NCBI RefSeq assembly: GCF_036365525.1
Contig: NC_090387.1
Span: 89,259,691 to 89,323,690, forward strand
Reading direction: 5' to 3'
Origin: Heterodontus francisci
Taxonomy: Eukaryota
Length of the DNA: 64,000 nt
Shown here piece by piece: positions 36,701 through 46,596 of this stretch. The translations under genes were made by a program, and so were the position numbers. Within the stretch, counting starts at the first letter, position 1. Each line of letters begins with the position of its first letter. Under the pieces are notes generated by a model. It saw only the letters and a list, made by a program, of their open reading frames with translations. It did not search any database and was not told the origin of the DNA.

Positions 36701-39700
36701 GTTAAACGCAAATCGTGCCTAATCACCCTAATTGATTTATAAGATGAAGTAACAGAAAAGGTTGACGAAGGTAATTCTGAAGATATATGGACTTTTAAAA
36801 GTCATTTGACAAAATATCTCATAGTAGCGTATTCAGCAAATAGAAACATGTAGGATATAATGAATGTTGGGACCTTGCATGTATAAGTAGCTAAGTGATA
36901 GTCGTCGTGAACATTTTTTTTTCTGACAGGATAAATGCATGCGGTGGTATCCCCCAGGCATCATTAGTAATGGTAACTTTCTAAATAGTGTGGAGAACGG
37001 TAGTTGACTTCAGTAGGACAAAGGTAGACTGGTAAAAAAATGGTCAGATGTAATATAGGTGCAATTTAATGCGAATAAGTACGAAGTGTGCACTTTGGGT
37101 TCAACTACACGCACAGGCAGTATAATATAAATGCTACTCCTTTGAGGTGCATGGAAAAGCAGCAGGACCTGAGGGCGCATATTTGCAAGCCTTTGAATGT
37201 GACAGGGCAAGCTGATAGCTGGTTAAGGGAGCTCAATGCATTAATTGGTTTAGTAAATAAACTGAATTCAAAAACAAGTCATGATAAAACTTTACAAATC
37301 AGGGTTAACTTCAGCTTCAGTACTGTGCATAATTCTGGATCACACAGTTTAGTAAAGACGTCAAGGTCTTGGAGAAGGTGCAGAGAAAGGTATGAGGGTC
37401 TTGAGTTATTTAGAGAGATTGGAGAAGCTGAGATTTTCTCATTAAAGCCAAGAAGATTAAAGGACTATCTAATAGAAGTACTCAAAATTATGAAGGGTTT
37501 TTATGGAATGAGTAAGGAGAAACTATTTCATCTGAAAAATTGTTCGGTAACCCGCAGTGGTAGATTTGGAATTATTGGCAAAGAACTAAAACCAAATTGA
37601 GGAGAGCTATTTTCTCCTGGAGGGTTGTGAAGGTCCAGAACGATCTTCCTGAAATATTGGTAGCAGCTGTTTACGTCGAATCTTTCAAAACAGGCAGTTG
37701 AACATCTGCTTGAAGGGGATTAATTTGCAGAATTATGGGAAACAAGCTGTGTGGTACGACTAAATTACTCACCACTTCCAAATAATCCACACTGGCATGC
37801 CAGACCAAATGTGCTGTAAGATTCTTTCCGAAGTCTTACCTGTGTTTGTATAGGTGACAATGTGAGTGGCCGTGGCTGAAATATGGAGAGTACTGTGAGA
37901 GACTGAGCAAGTATAAACAGTTCCAGTCCGGACACTCTGCGCCTCTTGCAACCGGCTAGAAGCTTCATATAATCCATCGGTCTTGAGTTCAATAATGTTA
38001 TTTATCCTTGATGCAATTTTTCTGCCATCCTTATACCAAGTAAAGCTGATATTCTTCGGGTAAAATGGAGATGTTACGCACAAAACAACTAGAGATGCAA
38101 ATGAATCTTTTTGATCTTGCTGAGACTTAATTCTCAGTGGAGTTGGTGGAACTAGGAAAATGGAGGAAAAGAACGTGACTTGAACATCATGCAAAGTTAG
38201 CAAACCAACGTTTTGCTGATACTATTCCCGCTACTATCATGTGGAGGTGGGAGGTGGGGGTGGGGGGGGGGGGGGGGGGGGTGGCATCGTGGTGGCGTGG
38301 ATTGGGTATGGATTTTCATCATGCGCAATTGGTAGCTGCATCTCAAGTAAATTCGTCTTAAAGGTCAACGTAATATCGGCAGTAATTTTAACTTACCTCC
38401 AGACGAAGAACGGGTAATAGTAAGTGAGCCGCCCGTTTTACAGCTCGCATTATTTGATTGTCTAATGCGAAATAACGTTAAGGGGATTGCAAATCAGGCT
38501 TCCGACTGCTTTTCACTTGCTGTGCGAAAGCGCTGCTGACCAATCTCATTTCGCACAGTATAACAATTGCTTAGAAAGTATAATGTATCCATGAGAGAGT
38601 GGCTTTGGTACGAAGGTTTAGTATGATTTCTTGCTTATTGCAAGTCAAAGACATGATGCAAGTATGGAGTGGGAGGCTTAAGCAGACGTTACTTGTTAAT
38701 AAAAGCAAAATACTGCGGATGCTGGAAATCTGAAATAAAAACAAGAAATGCTGGAACCACTCAGCAGGTCTGGCAGCATCTGCGAAAAGAGAAGCAGAGT
38801 TAACGTTTCGGGTCAGTGACCCGAAGGTTCCGATGTAGGGTCAGTGACCCGAAACGTTAACTCTGCTTCGCTTTTCACAGATGCTGCCAGACTGACCCGA
38901 AACGTTAACTCTGCTTCTCTTTTCACAGATGCTGCCAGACCTGCTGAGTGGTTCCAGCATTTCTTGTTTTTATTACTTGTTAATAATATCGGCTTTCAAA
39001 GATCTTAACATACCAAGTGCTAAACCATAAGTGCGCAAATCTGAATCTCAATAGAAAAGTTCATCCATCCCGTAATCAAGTAAACAAATAAGCCATCATA
39101 TAAGATGAAATATGTGTGCACGCTGGCAGACCCACTCTCGTAAGTAATAAAGTTGAGTTTTTCACGTCCTTTAATGATCCTGCAATTTTAACTTCAATAC
39201 TTGTTTCCAACACGACAACTGTGTATTTTAGTAAAGCTACTATCGGATACTGCTCATCATAATTAATATTACTGAAATATTGCAATGCATAATAAAATAT
39301 GAACTGTAGCCATCAACTCTGAAATTTGAATGTATGCATATAAAAAGATTGGAAACTAATTTGTAATGTGAACTTTTAAACGCACTACCGAATAATACTT
39401 CGGAGTGTCAAATATTGCTGTTGCTGGGATCTCATTCGCCGTTTCTTTTTTTTCCTACTTACCCCATACAACTAAGTTGGAACCTGTGCCGTTTCCAACG
39501 ATTTTGTCTCGATGGGCGACAGTGCAATAATATATGCCTGCGTCCTCGACACTCACATTACTAATCTGAAGGAAGCCGCTGAATTTAGTCTTGAAGCCGA
39601 TCACTTTTCTGTCATCTTGTTCCGTGCTTAGATATTGATTAGCACCCTCCTTCCACCAGTATATGTTTACACGTGGACCATCTTGAAAGAAGGGAAGCGT

Positions 39701-40010
39701 GCAATGAAAGGAAACGTTTGTACCCGTGTTTCTGCTTGTGCTCTCAGGGAGCTGAGTCACTTTGACTGAAGTTTCGCCGAAGCCTATAGGAAAAGAAAAT
39801 CAAAACCGAATCAGTGAGGGGTAACACTGCAGGAGAAAAGAGCGCGATGATTCAGTCAGTCAATGTGTCCAAAAGGCAATAAACCATGCCGCATGAAAGC
39901 ACAATAAAACAACTACTCGGTCAATGAGAAAGCAAGGAATCGAAGGAACGGGTACCTGTGAGAATGCCAACTAGAACAGCGAGGCAATGAAATACTACAC
40001 TCGCCAACAT
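30607..40010 (-). CDS. Six-exon Ig-superfamily inhibitory receptor, 336 aa: leader-VJ-C1-TM-cytoplasmic ITIM/ITSM (SIRP-/NKp30-/antigen-receptor-like). join(40010..39956,39783..39463,38151..37840,35912..35802,35109..35066,30774..30607)
   Basis: Manual splicing. All five introns are GT..AG with phases 1,1,1,1,0. Exon lengths 55+321+312+111+44+168=1011 nt, open to TAA. Canonical V-set, C1-set, TM and tyrosine motifs occur in the expected order. Confidence 0.88.
31590..33620 (+). mobile_element. Older CR1 ORF2/3' end in intron 5 (antisense to the gene)
   Basis: MSPGPNGLHP..ASEIVDALVLIFQNSLD and GPHLEHCAQYWSPYLRKDV. Confidence 0.88.
33905..33942. repeat. (CTAT)n microsatellite
   Basis: ctatctatctatctatttatctatctatctatatat. 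Confidence 0.85.
34150..34450 (+). mobile_element. Old CR1 RT fragment
   Basis: gaatgggcagacaagttacagatggaattt..gaacagagggatccgggg. Confidence 0.65.
34455..34825 (-). mobile_element. Short non-autonomous (SINE-like) derivative of the family-B LINE: head joined directly to tail
   Basis: The tail motif ggcatcgctggc (about 34462) is directly adjacent to the head motifs caaccacatt, ttccttcc..ggcattagcaaacca and tttgaactc. Confidence 0.55.
35066..35109 (-). CDS. Exon 5: short cytoplasmic exon GVQNDGERCDYPEQK
   Basis: Acceptor taccttaccag and donor AAG|GTATGC. The 44-nt length converts phase 1 to phase 0, exactly as needed to join exon 6. Confidence 0.72.
35802..35912 (-). CDS. Exon 4: transmembrane segment DGELTRCLLISSAAWGGLVLLLLGLLIAKRCISKKNK
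   Basis: Acceptor ctcttgtag. About 22 uncharged hydrophobic residues followed by a basic stop-transfer stretch. Donor AAAG|GTAAGA, phase 1-1. Confidence 0.9.
36620..37826 (+). mobile_element. Highly decayed CR1 3' part in intron 3, ending about 14 bp from the C1 exon donor
   Basis: Remnants of SCLxNL, MHFG, EKQQDL and RRLKDYLIEVLKIMKG. Tail gtgctgtaagattct. Confidence 0.7.
37840..38151 (-). CDS. Exon 3: Ig C1-set domain
   Basis: Acceptor ttttcctag. C1 motifs LCVTSPFYPKNISFTWYKDG, DGLYEASSRL and YTCSVSHSTL. Donor ACAG|GTAAGA. Confidence 0.95.
38245..38284. repeat. G-rich/poly-G tract in intron 2
   Basis: ggaggtgggaggtgggggt followed by a long G run. Confidence 0.8.
38703..38972. mobile_element. 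Palindromic Penelope pLTR-derived mini-insertion with a 14-bp direct flanking repeat
   Basis: Inverted arms 38734-38817 and 38891-38974 (one mismatch seen). TTACTTGTTAATAA at 38689-38702 and 38973-38986. Internal 48-bp tandem duplication. Confidence 0.85.
39463..39783 (-). CDS. Exon 2: Ig V-set domain with germline-encoded J-like G strand
   Basis: Acceptor ttttcctatag. Translation VTQLP..VSFHC..YWWK..LQISNVSVEDAGIYYC..GNGTGSNLVVW. Donor TGGG|GTAAGT. Confidence 0.95.
39956..40010 (-). CDS. Exon 1: signal peptide MLASVVFHCLAVLVGILT(G)
   Basis: ATG at 40010, hydrophobic 18-mer, phase-1 donor ACAG|GTACCC, and a short 172-bp intron to the V exon. Confidence 0.8.
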
Positions 40011-40350
40011 TCTGAATCAATTTGTTTTCGGAGCGATGAACTGGCTAATAGCTTATAAGAACGCTGAGAGGCGGGAGTATGTAATAGGTCACAATGAAGC
40101 GTAGGTTCAGAAGACGTACCTGCCGTGTGGTTTGTTGAAATAATTGTACAGGCGACAGATGTAGCCGCAACTCGCAATCTGAATTTTCCACCCACACCAG
40201 CTGGACCTGCCCTCGCCTCGGAACTTCCTGACTTAGAAAAGCTGCGATGAAAGTTTCCTAGACGAGTGCGGGAAATCGAGATTTAGTTGCTCCACCGATG
40301 GAATTTCTATGAAATTTCCAGTTGGGAGAGACGCAAAACAGCGGAAAACG
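40011..40350 (-). promoter_or_regulatory. Putative proximal promoter of the IgSF gene
   Basis: TE-free, relatively CpG-rich segment directly upstream of the ATG. RUNX-type TGTGGTT at 40126-40132, ETS-type ACTTCCTG at 40223-40230, GAS-type TTCTATGAA at 40305-40313. Confidence 0.4.
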
Positions 40351-40859
40351 GCGAGAATTCCTAATCTTGGCCGTTTCTCATCAGTGTATGCTTTCTCTTC
40401 ATAGTTCGTCCAAGATATGGCCTGACATTATGAGAACTGCGAAAATATTCTTCCTCAGTGCCCGACATCATTTCAGATGAAGCACAAGAGATATTTCGAA
40501 TATCAATGTAATAAACTGTGAAATAGTTAAAGCACGGAGACGTCTGCAAACCCACCATAAACTAAGTGTAGCGTATATCACGGCTATTTATTTTGCTCTT
40601 CTGTATCATTTTTAACTGATGATTGGTAAAAGTAGGTAGGCTACGAATACACGCCTAATCCATGTTTTGTGCTCTGCTTCCAAAATATAATCAGGAATGT
40701 CGAACTTCCCCATACTGGGAAGCGTTTTTTGTTATTAAGTGATAATAGTAGTTTGGTAGTACAGAACTTGAGTATTGCTGAAAATAAAGACATTTTGTCG
40801 AAGCTTTTTGCCTTGTACTCATCAGGACAATCCGCATGAATACCAAGGTAAGGGAAAAC

Positions 40860-41760
40860 AAGGACTTTGAGAACAGAGTATGAGAACAAAGTTGGTTGAC
40901 AAGTGAACTCTGATTGGTAGAGGAGTTGCTATGGAGAATGCACAAGTTTACAGGTGACTGACAGTTAACTGCCACGCTTTGTTTGACATTTAAACCAGGC
41001 ATCTTGACTCTGATTGGTCAAGGCATTGCCCTGAAGAATGTACTAGCGAATGGCTATCAGTTATTTTGCTTAGCTGGAACAAGTGCAATGTTCATACATG
41101 CTCTTTCTGTCTGCAAAGCACAGGGCCCTTTGTATTAATATATATATATAGCTTCCAGCAAGCGCAAATACACCACAGTGTGATCCCTATTAACAAACTT
41201 AAGTTGGTTGGCAGCGCAATTCTTAGCACACTGAGGATTATTTTGGAAATGTTGTTCAATTACAGAATTACATCTAATGTTGAACACTGTGTTTTGAGTT
41301 TTACAAGCATGGCCTTGTTGGGTGTGGCCTGTACCTTGTCCATTGTGAACAGCAGAAGGGACGTGTTGTTTGATATGATCCACCAGTCTTTTGGATGGAC
41401 AGTATATTTACCTAGCATCATACTGACATTGAAACTCATAGATCACATTACTCACTTGTGGAATAGGCACAGCTTCTTTTTTGCTCAATGGCAGCATCCT
41501 GCTAGTAGCAAACACCACATGTGTTGCTACTTCATAGTAGCAGTGTGAAACAGCTAGCTTCACCTGTTGCTCAATTTTGCAGGGTACATTGCCCTTCCAG
41601 GGTAATTTGAGGTAGACTGTACACTATTCAGGTTAGAAAACGGCGGACTTAGGCCCGTTCATACGTTTGCACAATATACAGTGAGAAATGATCTAATCAG
41701 GGTAGCTATTGTCACGCAGGATATCTTTGATTCTCTCTATTTCAGCATCAGGTTGGTTCT
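40860..41760 (-). mobile_element. Second Penelope-like/GIY-YIG family fragment
   Basis: Minus-strand remnants LPWKGN.., NVIYEFQC.. and RLVDHIKQHVP (ORF 41135..41383). Confidence 0.6.
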
Positions 41761-42195
41761 TAGTCAGTGTGTGCGTTTGATACTTTCTGGAAGGAGACAA
41801 ATGTTCAGTGCTACTACGGTGTCAAAAACGGACATAAAAAGGAGACAATTGCAAGGAAGACCAGAAGACTACAACACAGTGCTTTTTCCCACAATTCTCT
41901 TCAAAAGTCAATGAAGTTCAGTGTGTTATTTCGTCTTGTTCCTGCATTACAAGAAGGCTGGCTAAATTGTTTTTGAATGCCGCCTGAAGAGAGCTAATTC
42001 TGGTAGATTATTTAACAGTTTCTCAGAAGTAAGACAGCATGCCAGTTTTTGAACAACATATACCATCTGCTGTTTCCTTAAAAAAACGAGCAAATAGCTA
42101 ACTCAAATGTTTTCTTTTTCTGTAATAGAGCTCGCATCTAAAAATCTTTCCTTAATAATTCCCGATTTAAATATATATATATACATATATATATT

Positions 42196-44288
42196 TCTTT
42201 CTTTGGCCTCCTTGTCTCGAGAGACAATGGGTAAGCACCTGGAGGTGGTCAGTGGTTTGTGAAGCAGCGCCTGGAGTGGCTATAAAGGCCAATTCTAGAG
42301 TGACAGACTCTTCCACAGGTGCTGCAGATAAAATTGGTTGTCGGGGCTGTTACACAGTTGGCTCTCTCCTTGCGCTTCTGTCTTTTTTCCTGCCAACTGC
42401 TAAGTCTCTTCAACTCGCCACACTTTAGCCCCGCCTTTATGGCTGCCTGCCAGCTCTGGCGTTCGCTGGTAACTGACTCATACGACTTGCGATCAATGTC
42501 ACAGGACTTCATGTCGCATTTTCAGATGTCTTTAAAGTGGAGACATGGACAGCCGGTGGGTCTGGTGCCAGTGACGAGCTCACTGTACAATGTGTACTTG
42601 GGGATCCTGCCATCTTCCATGTGGCTCACATGGCCAAGCCATCTCAAGTGCCTCTGGCTCAGTAGGGTGCATATGCTGGGGATGTCGGCCGCCTCGAGGA
42701 CTTCTGTGTTGGAGATACGGTCGTGCCACCTGATGCCAAGGATTCTCCGGAGGCAGCGAAGATGGAATGAATTGAGACGTCACTCTTGGCTGACATACGT
42801 TGTTCAGGCCTCGCTGCCGTAGAGCAAGGTACTAAGGACACAGGCTTGATACACTTGGACTTTGGTGTTCTTTGTCAGTGCACCATTTTCCCAAACTCTC
42901 TTGGCCTGTCTGGACATAGCAGAGGAAGCCTTTCCCACGCGCTTGTTTAATTCTGCATCGAGAGACATGTTACTGGTGATAGTTGAGCCTAGGTAGGTGA
43001 GCTCTTGAACCACTTCCAGAGTGTGGTCGCCGATATTGATGGATGGGGCATTTCTGACATCCTGTCTCATGATGTTCGTTTTCTTGAGGCTGATGGTTAG
43101 GCGAAATTCATTGCAGGCAGCCGCAAACCGGTTGATGAGTCTCTGCAGACACTCTTCAGTGTGAGATGTTAATGCAGCATCATCATCAAAGAGGAGTTCC
43201 CTGATGAGGACTTTCCGTACTTTGGTCTTCGCTTTTAGACGGGCAAGGTTGAACAACCTGTCACCTGATCTTGTGTGGAGGAAAATTCCTTCTTCTGAAG
43301 ACTTGAACGCATGTGAGAGCAGCAGGGAGAAGAAGATCCCAAATAGTGTAGCTGCGAGAACACAGCCCTGTTTCACGCCACTCAGGATTGGAAAGGGGTC
43401 TGATGAGGCGCCGCTATGCTGAATTGTGCCTTTCATATTGACATGGAATGAGGTGATGATATTTAGTAGCTTTGGTGGGCATCCAATCTTTTCTAGTAGT
43501 CTGAAGAAGCCACGTCTGCTGACGAGGTCAAATGGCTTTGGTGAGATCAATGAAAGCAACGTAGAGGGGCATCTGTTGTTTGTGGCATTTCTCCTGTAGC
43601 TAGCGAAGGGAGAACAGCATGTCAATGGTGGATCCCTTTGCTCAAAAGCCACACTGTGCCTCAGGATAGACATGCTCAGCCAGCTTCTGGAGCCTGTTTA
43701 AGGCGACACGAGCGAAGACCTTCCCCACTATGCAGAGCAGGGAGATTCCACGGTAGTTTTTGCAGTCACCGTGGTCACCCTTGTTCTTATAGTTGGCGAT
43801 GATATTGGCATCGCGCATTTCCTGTGGTACTGCACCCTCGTCCCAGCACAGGCAAAGCTGTTAACATCCGTAGCACTTAAAGCTGCCAGAAGCGCTGCAC
43901 AAAGAACAGCCAGGCACTGTGCAAATGATTACTGGCAACACCTATGCAGTCATATTCAGCTGGCCTCTGACACAGGAATTATCGGAGGAATGTATGATGG
44001 CATTAAGAGAGCTTTTGGGCCAACCATCAAGAAGATTGCCCCCCTCAAATCTAAATCATGGGACACAATCATTGGCCAATGCAAGCAAATGGACCGCAGT
44101 GTCGAACACTATCTAGAACTGTACTCCAGGGAGAATGTTGTCACTGAGACCGCCCTCAATGCAGCCCTGTCTCTGCCAGCCATGGATGAGCTGGACATAC
44201 AGCCAACAAAATCGGAACTCAGTGATGCCATTGATTCTCTAGCCAGCGGAAAAGCCCCTGGGAAGGATGGCATTACCCCTGAAATCAT
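42196..44288 (-). mobile_element. RTE-clade LINE with inverted 5' segment (43860-44288 on +), flanked by (AT)n
   Basis: ORF 42804..43673 has GVKQGCVLAATLF, RELLFDDDAAL and VYQACVLSTLLYGSE. C-terminal C2H2-like CSTCGRVCHSRIGLYSH. The + segment carries ASGKAPGKDGITPEI. Confidence 0.9.
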
Positions 44289-44340
44289 ATATATATATAT
44301 TGTATATGTAAATATGTGTGTGTGTGTATGTGCGTGTGAC
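44289..44340. repeat. (AT)n/(GT)n microsatellite
   Basis: atatatatatat..gtgtgtgtgtgt. Confidence 0.85.
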
Positions 44341-44629
44341 TGTGGAGGAACTCAGGTAAAGGGGACTTAAAAAAACGCATAATATTGAATTTTCATAAAA
44401 TATGGTTGATATGATATTGTCTTCTTTATTACTAATTTAAGACTTGTTTTCGAGAAAAAAATCTGTTAATTTTGTTGTTCATTAAAGAAACCTGGTTAGT
44501 ACGTTCTATTCTGGGAAAAGTACTGTGTCTGATTGTTTGTTTCAACCTTTAAAGAATATATTCTTACCTGTGGAGAAGTGGGTGTGAATTAACAATGCAC
44601 TCCTCCAGCCTTGGTCGTAATTATGTACC

Positions 44630-45125
44630 ACCGCTAACACTTGGGAACAGCACTGTCTACCATCTTCCAGTCTGAAAAGTAACTATTTACTACGGCTCAC
44701 TGTGTTCTGTCCATAAGCCTTCATTTTTATCCAGTTGGACACTTACCCTCCTATTCCATGTGCTTCAATATTTTTAACCAGCTTTTAATGTTGCACCTTA
44801 ACAAATACTTTCTTAAAATACATATAAATAACATCCACTGCATTCCTTTCATCAACCTTCTCTGGTGGTTCACCGAAATTCAATTATATTAGACAAGCAT
44901 GATTTGCCTTTTACAAATCCATACTGACGATCCCTAATTAATACAAACCTCTCTAAGTGCTGTTGATATTTTCGCGAATAGTAGTTTCAAAAGCGTAACC
45001 ACCACTGATGTTGAACTAACTGGCCTGTAATTGCTAAGACTGCCCTTACACCCTTTCTTGAATAAGGGCGTCATATTTGCTACTCTCCAATCCTCCACAA
45101 CTTCCCCCATTGTCGGCAAATATTG
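44630..45125 (-). mobile_element. Old CR1 RT fragment
   Basis: EDWRVANMTPLFKKG..NYRPVS. Confidence 0.8.
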
Positions 45126-45189
45126 TCGTCTTTGCAGTGCACAGCCCTGCTCTTGAGGTTTGAACCAACAGTGGAATGCAATGTTTTTC

Positions 45190-46043
45190 TGCTGGTTCAT
45201 AGGATTTGCCATCGCTGGCCAGGTCAGCATATGTTGCCATCTCTAATTGCGCTTGAGAAGGTGTTAATGAGCCATCTTCTTGAACCGCAGCCGTCCATGT
45301 GCTGTAGGTACACCCACAGTGTTGTTAGGAAGGGAATTCCAGGATTTTGATCCAGCGACAGGGAAAAAAGAAACTGCCATATAGTTCCAAGGCAGGATGG
45401 TATGTGGCTTGGAGGAGAAACTGCAGCTGGCGGTGTTCCCATGCATCTGCTGCCCTTGTCCTTCTAGCTGGGAGAGGTCGCAGGTTTTGAAGGTACTGTC
45501 GAAGGAGCCTTCATGTGTTGCTGCAGTGCATCTTGTAGATGATACACAATGCTGCCACTGTGCGTCGGTGGTGGGGATGTGATTTTTCTTATGGATGGGG
45601 TGCCAATCAAGACGGCTGGTTTATCCTGGACAGTGCTGAATTTCTTCAGTCCTGTTGGAGCTTCACTCAAGCAGGCAAGTAGAGGGTATTCCATCACAAT
45701 CCTGATGTGCGACTTGTAGATGGTGGACAGTTTTGGGGAATCAGGAGGTGAGTTACTCGCCACAGGATTCCTTGTCTCTGACCTATTCTTGTCTCCAAGG
45801 GATTTATATGCTTACCCCAGATCAGTTTCTGGTCAATGGTAAGCCCCAGGATACTGGTAGTGTGGGATACTGCGATGGTAATGCCATTGAATGCCATGGA
45901 ATGATGGTTGGTCATTCTCTTGCTGAAGATGGTCATTGCCTGGCACATTTATGGTGCAAGTATCACCTGACACTTATCAGCCTAAGTCTAAATGTTGTCC
46001 ACATCTTGCTGCCTTTGGAGTCGGACTGCCTTAGTATCTGAGG
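45190..46043 (-). mobile_element. Family-B LINE 3' portion
   Basis: LSTIYKSHIRIVMEY and the family-B tail. Confidence 0.85.
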
Positions 46044-46592
46044 AACATAGGAACAGAGGAACATCGGAGCAGGAGCAGGCCATTTAGTACATCGAGTCTG
46101 CCCTGCCAGTCAATGCTAACATAGAATCATAGAAAGTTTAAGGCAAAGCAAGAGACCACTTGGCCCATCGTGTCTGTGCCTGCCAAAAAACGATCCACCC
46201 ATTCAATACCATCTTCAAGTATTTGGTCCATTGCCCTGCAGATTACGACAATGGAGGTGCATATCCAGACTCCTTTTGAATAAGTTGCGGGTTTCTGCCA
46301 CGACTCACCTTTCAGGCAGTGAGTGCCAGACCCCCAGCATCCACTGGGTAAAAAAGAAAATCCTCAGCTGCCCTCCAATATTTCTACCAATCACTTTAAA
46401 TCCATACCCCCTCAAAACTGACCTCTCTGGCAAGGTAATTAGTCCCTTCACATCCATTCGATCCAGGCTCCTCAAAATTTTGTACATTTCAATCAGAGCT
46501 CCCCTCAGCCTTCTCTGTTCCAAGGAGAACAACCCCAGCCTACCCAATCTTTCCCCGTAACTGCAGTTTTCCCACTCCTAGCACTATTGTCT
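46044..46592 (-). mobile_element. CR1 3' end fragments
   Basis: [22 protein letters not shown] and catagaa tails. Confidence 0.8.
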
Positions 46593-46596
46593 TTTT

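Noticed and set aside
39463-39783. Calling the gene a rearranging TCR/Ig, or assigning a symbol such as NCR3, SIRPA or PDCD1
   Set aside because: It has no RSS, no charged TM residue and a long ITIM tail, unlike TCR and NKp30. It has one C1 domain, unlike mammalian SIRPA (two) or PD-1 (none). Orthology cannot be determined without phylogeny.
41174-41215. CACAGTG heptamer upstream of the V exon
   Set aside because: There is no nonamer at 12/23 spacing, it lies inside a Penelope-like fragment, and it is on the wrong side of V.
41790-44620. Possible solo LTR split by the RTE insertion
   Set aside because: The flanks look repeat-like, but I could not verify TG..CA termini or a TSD.
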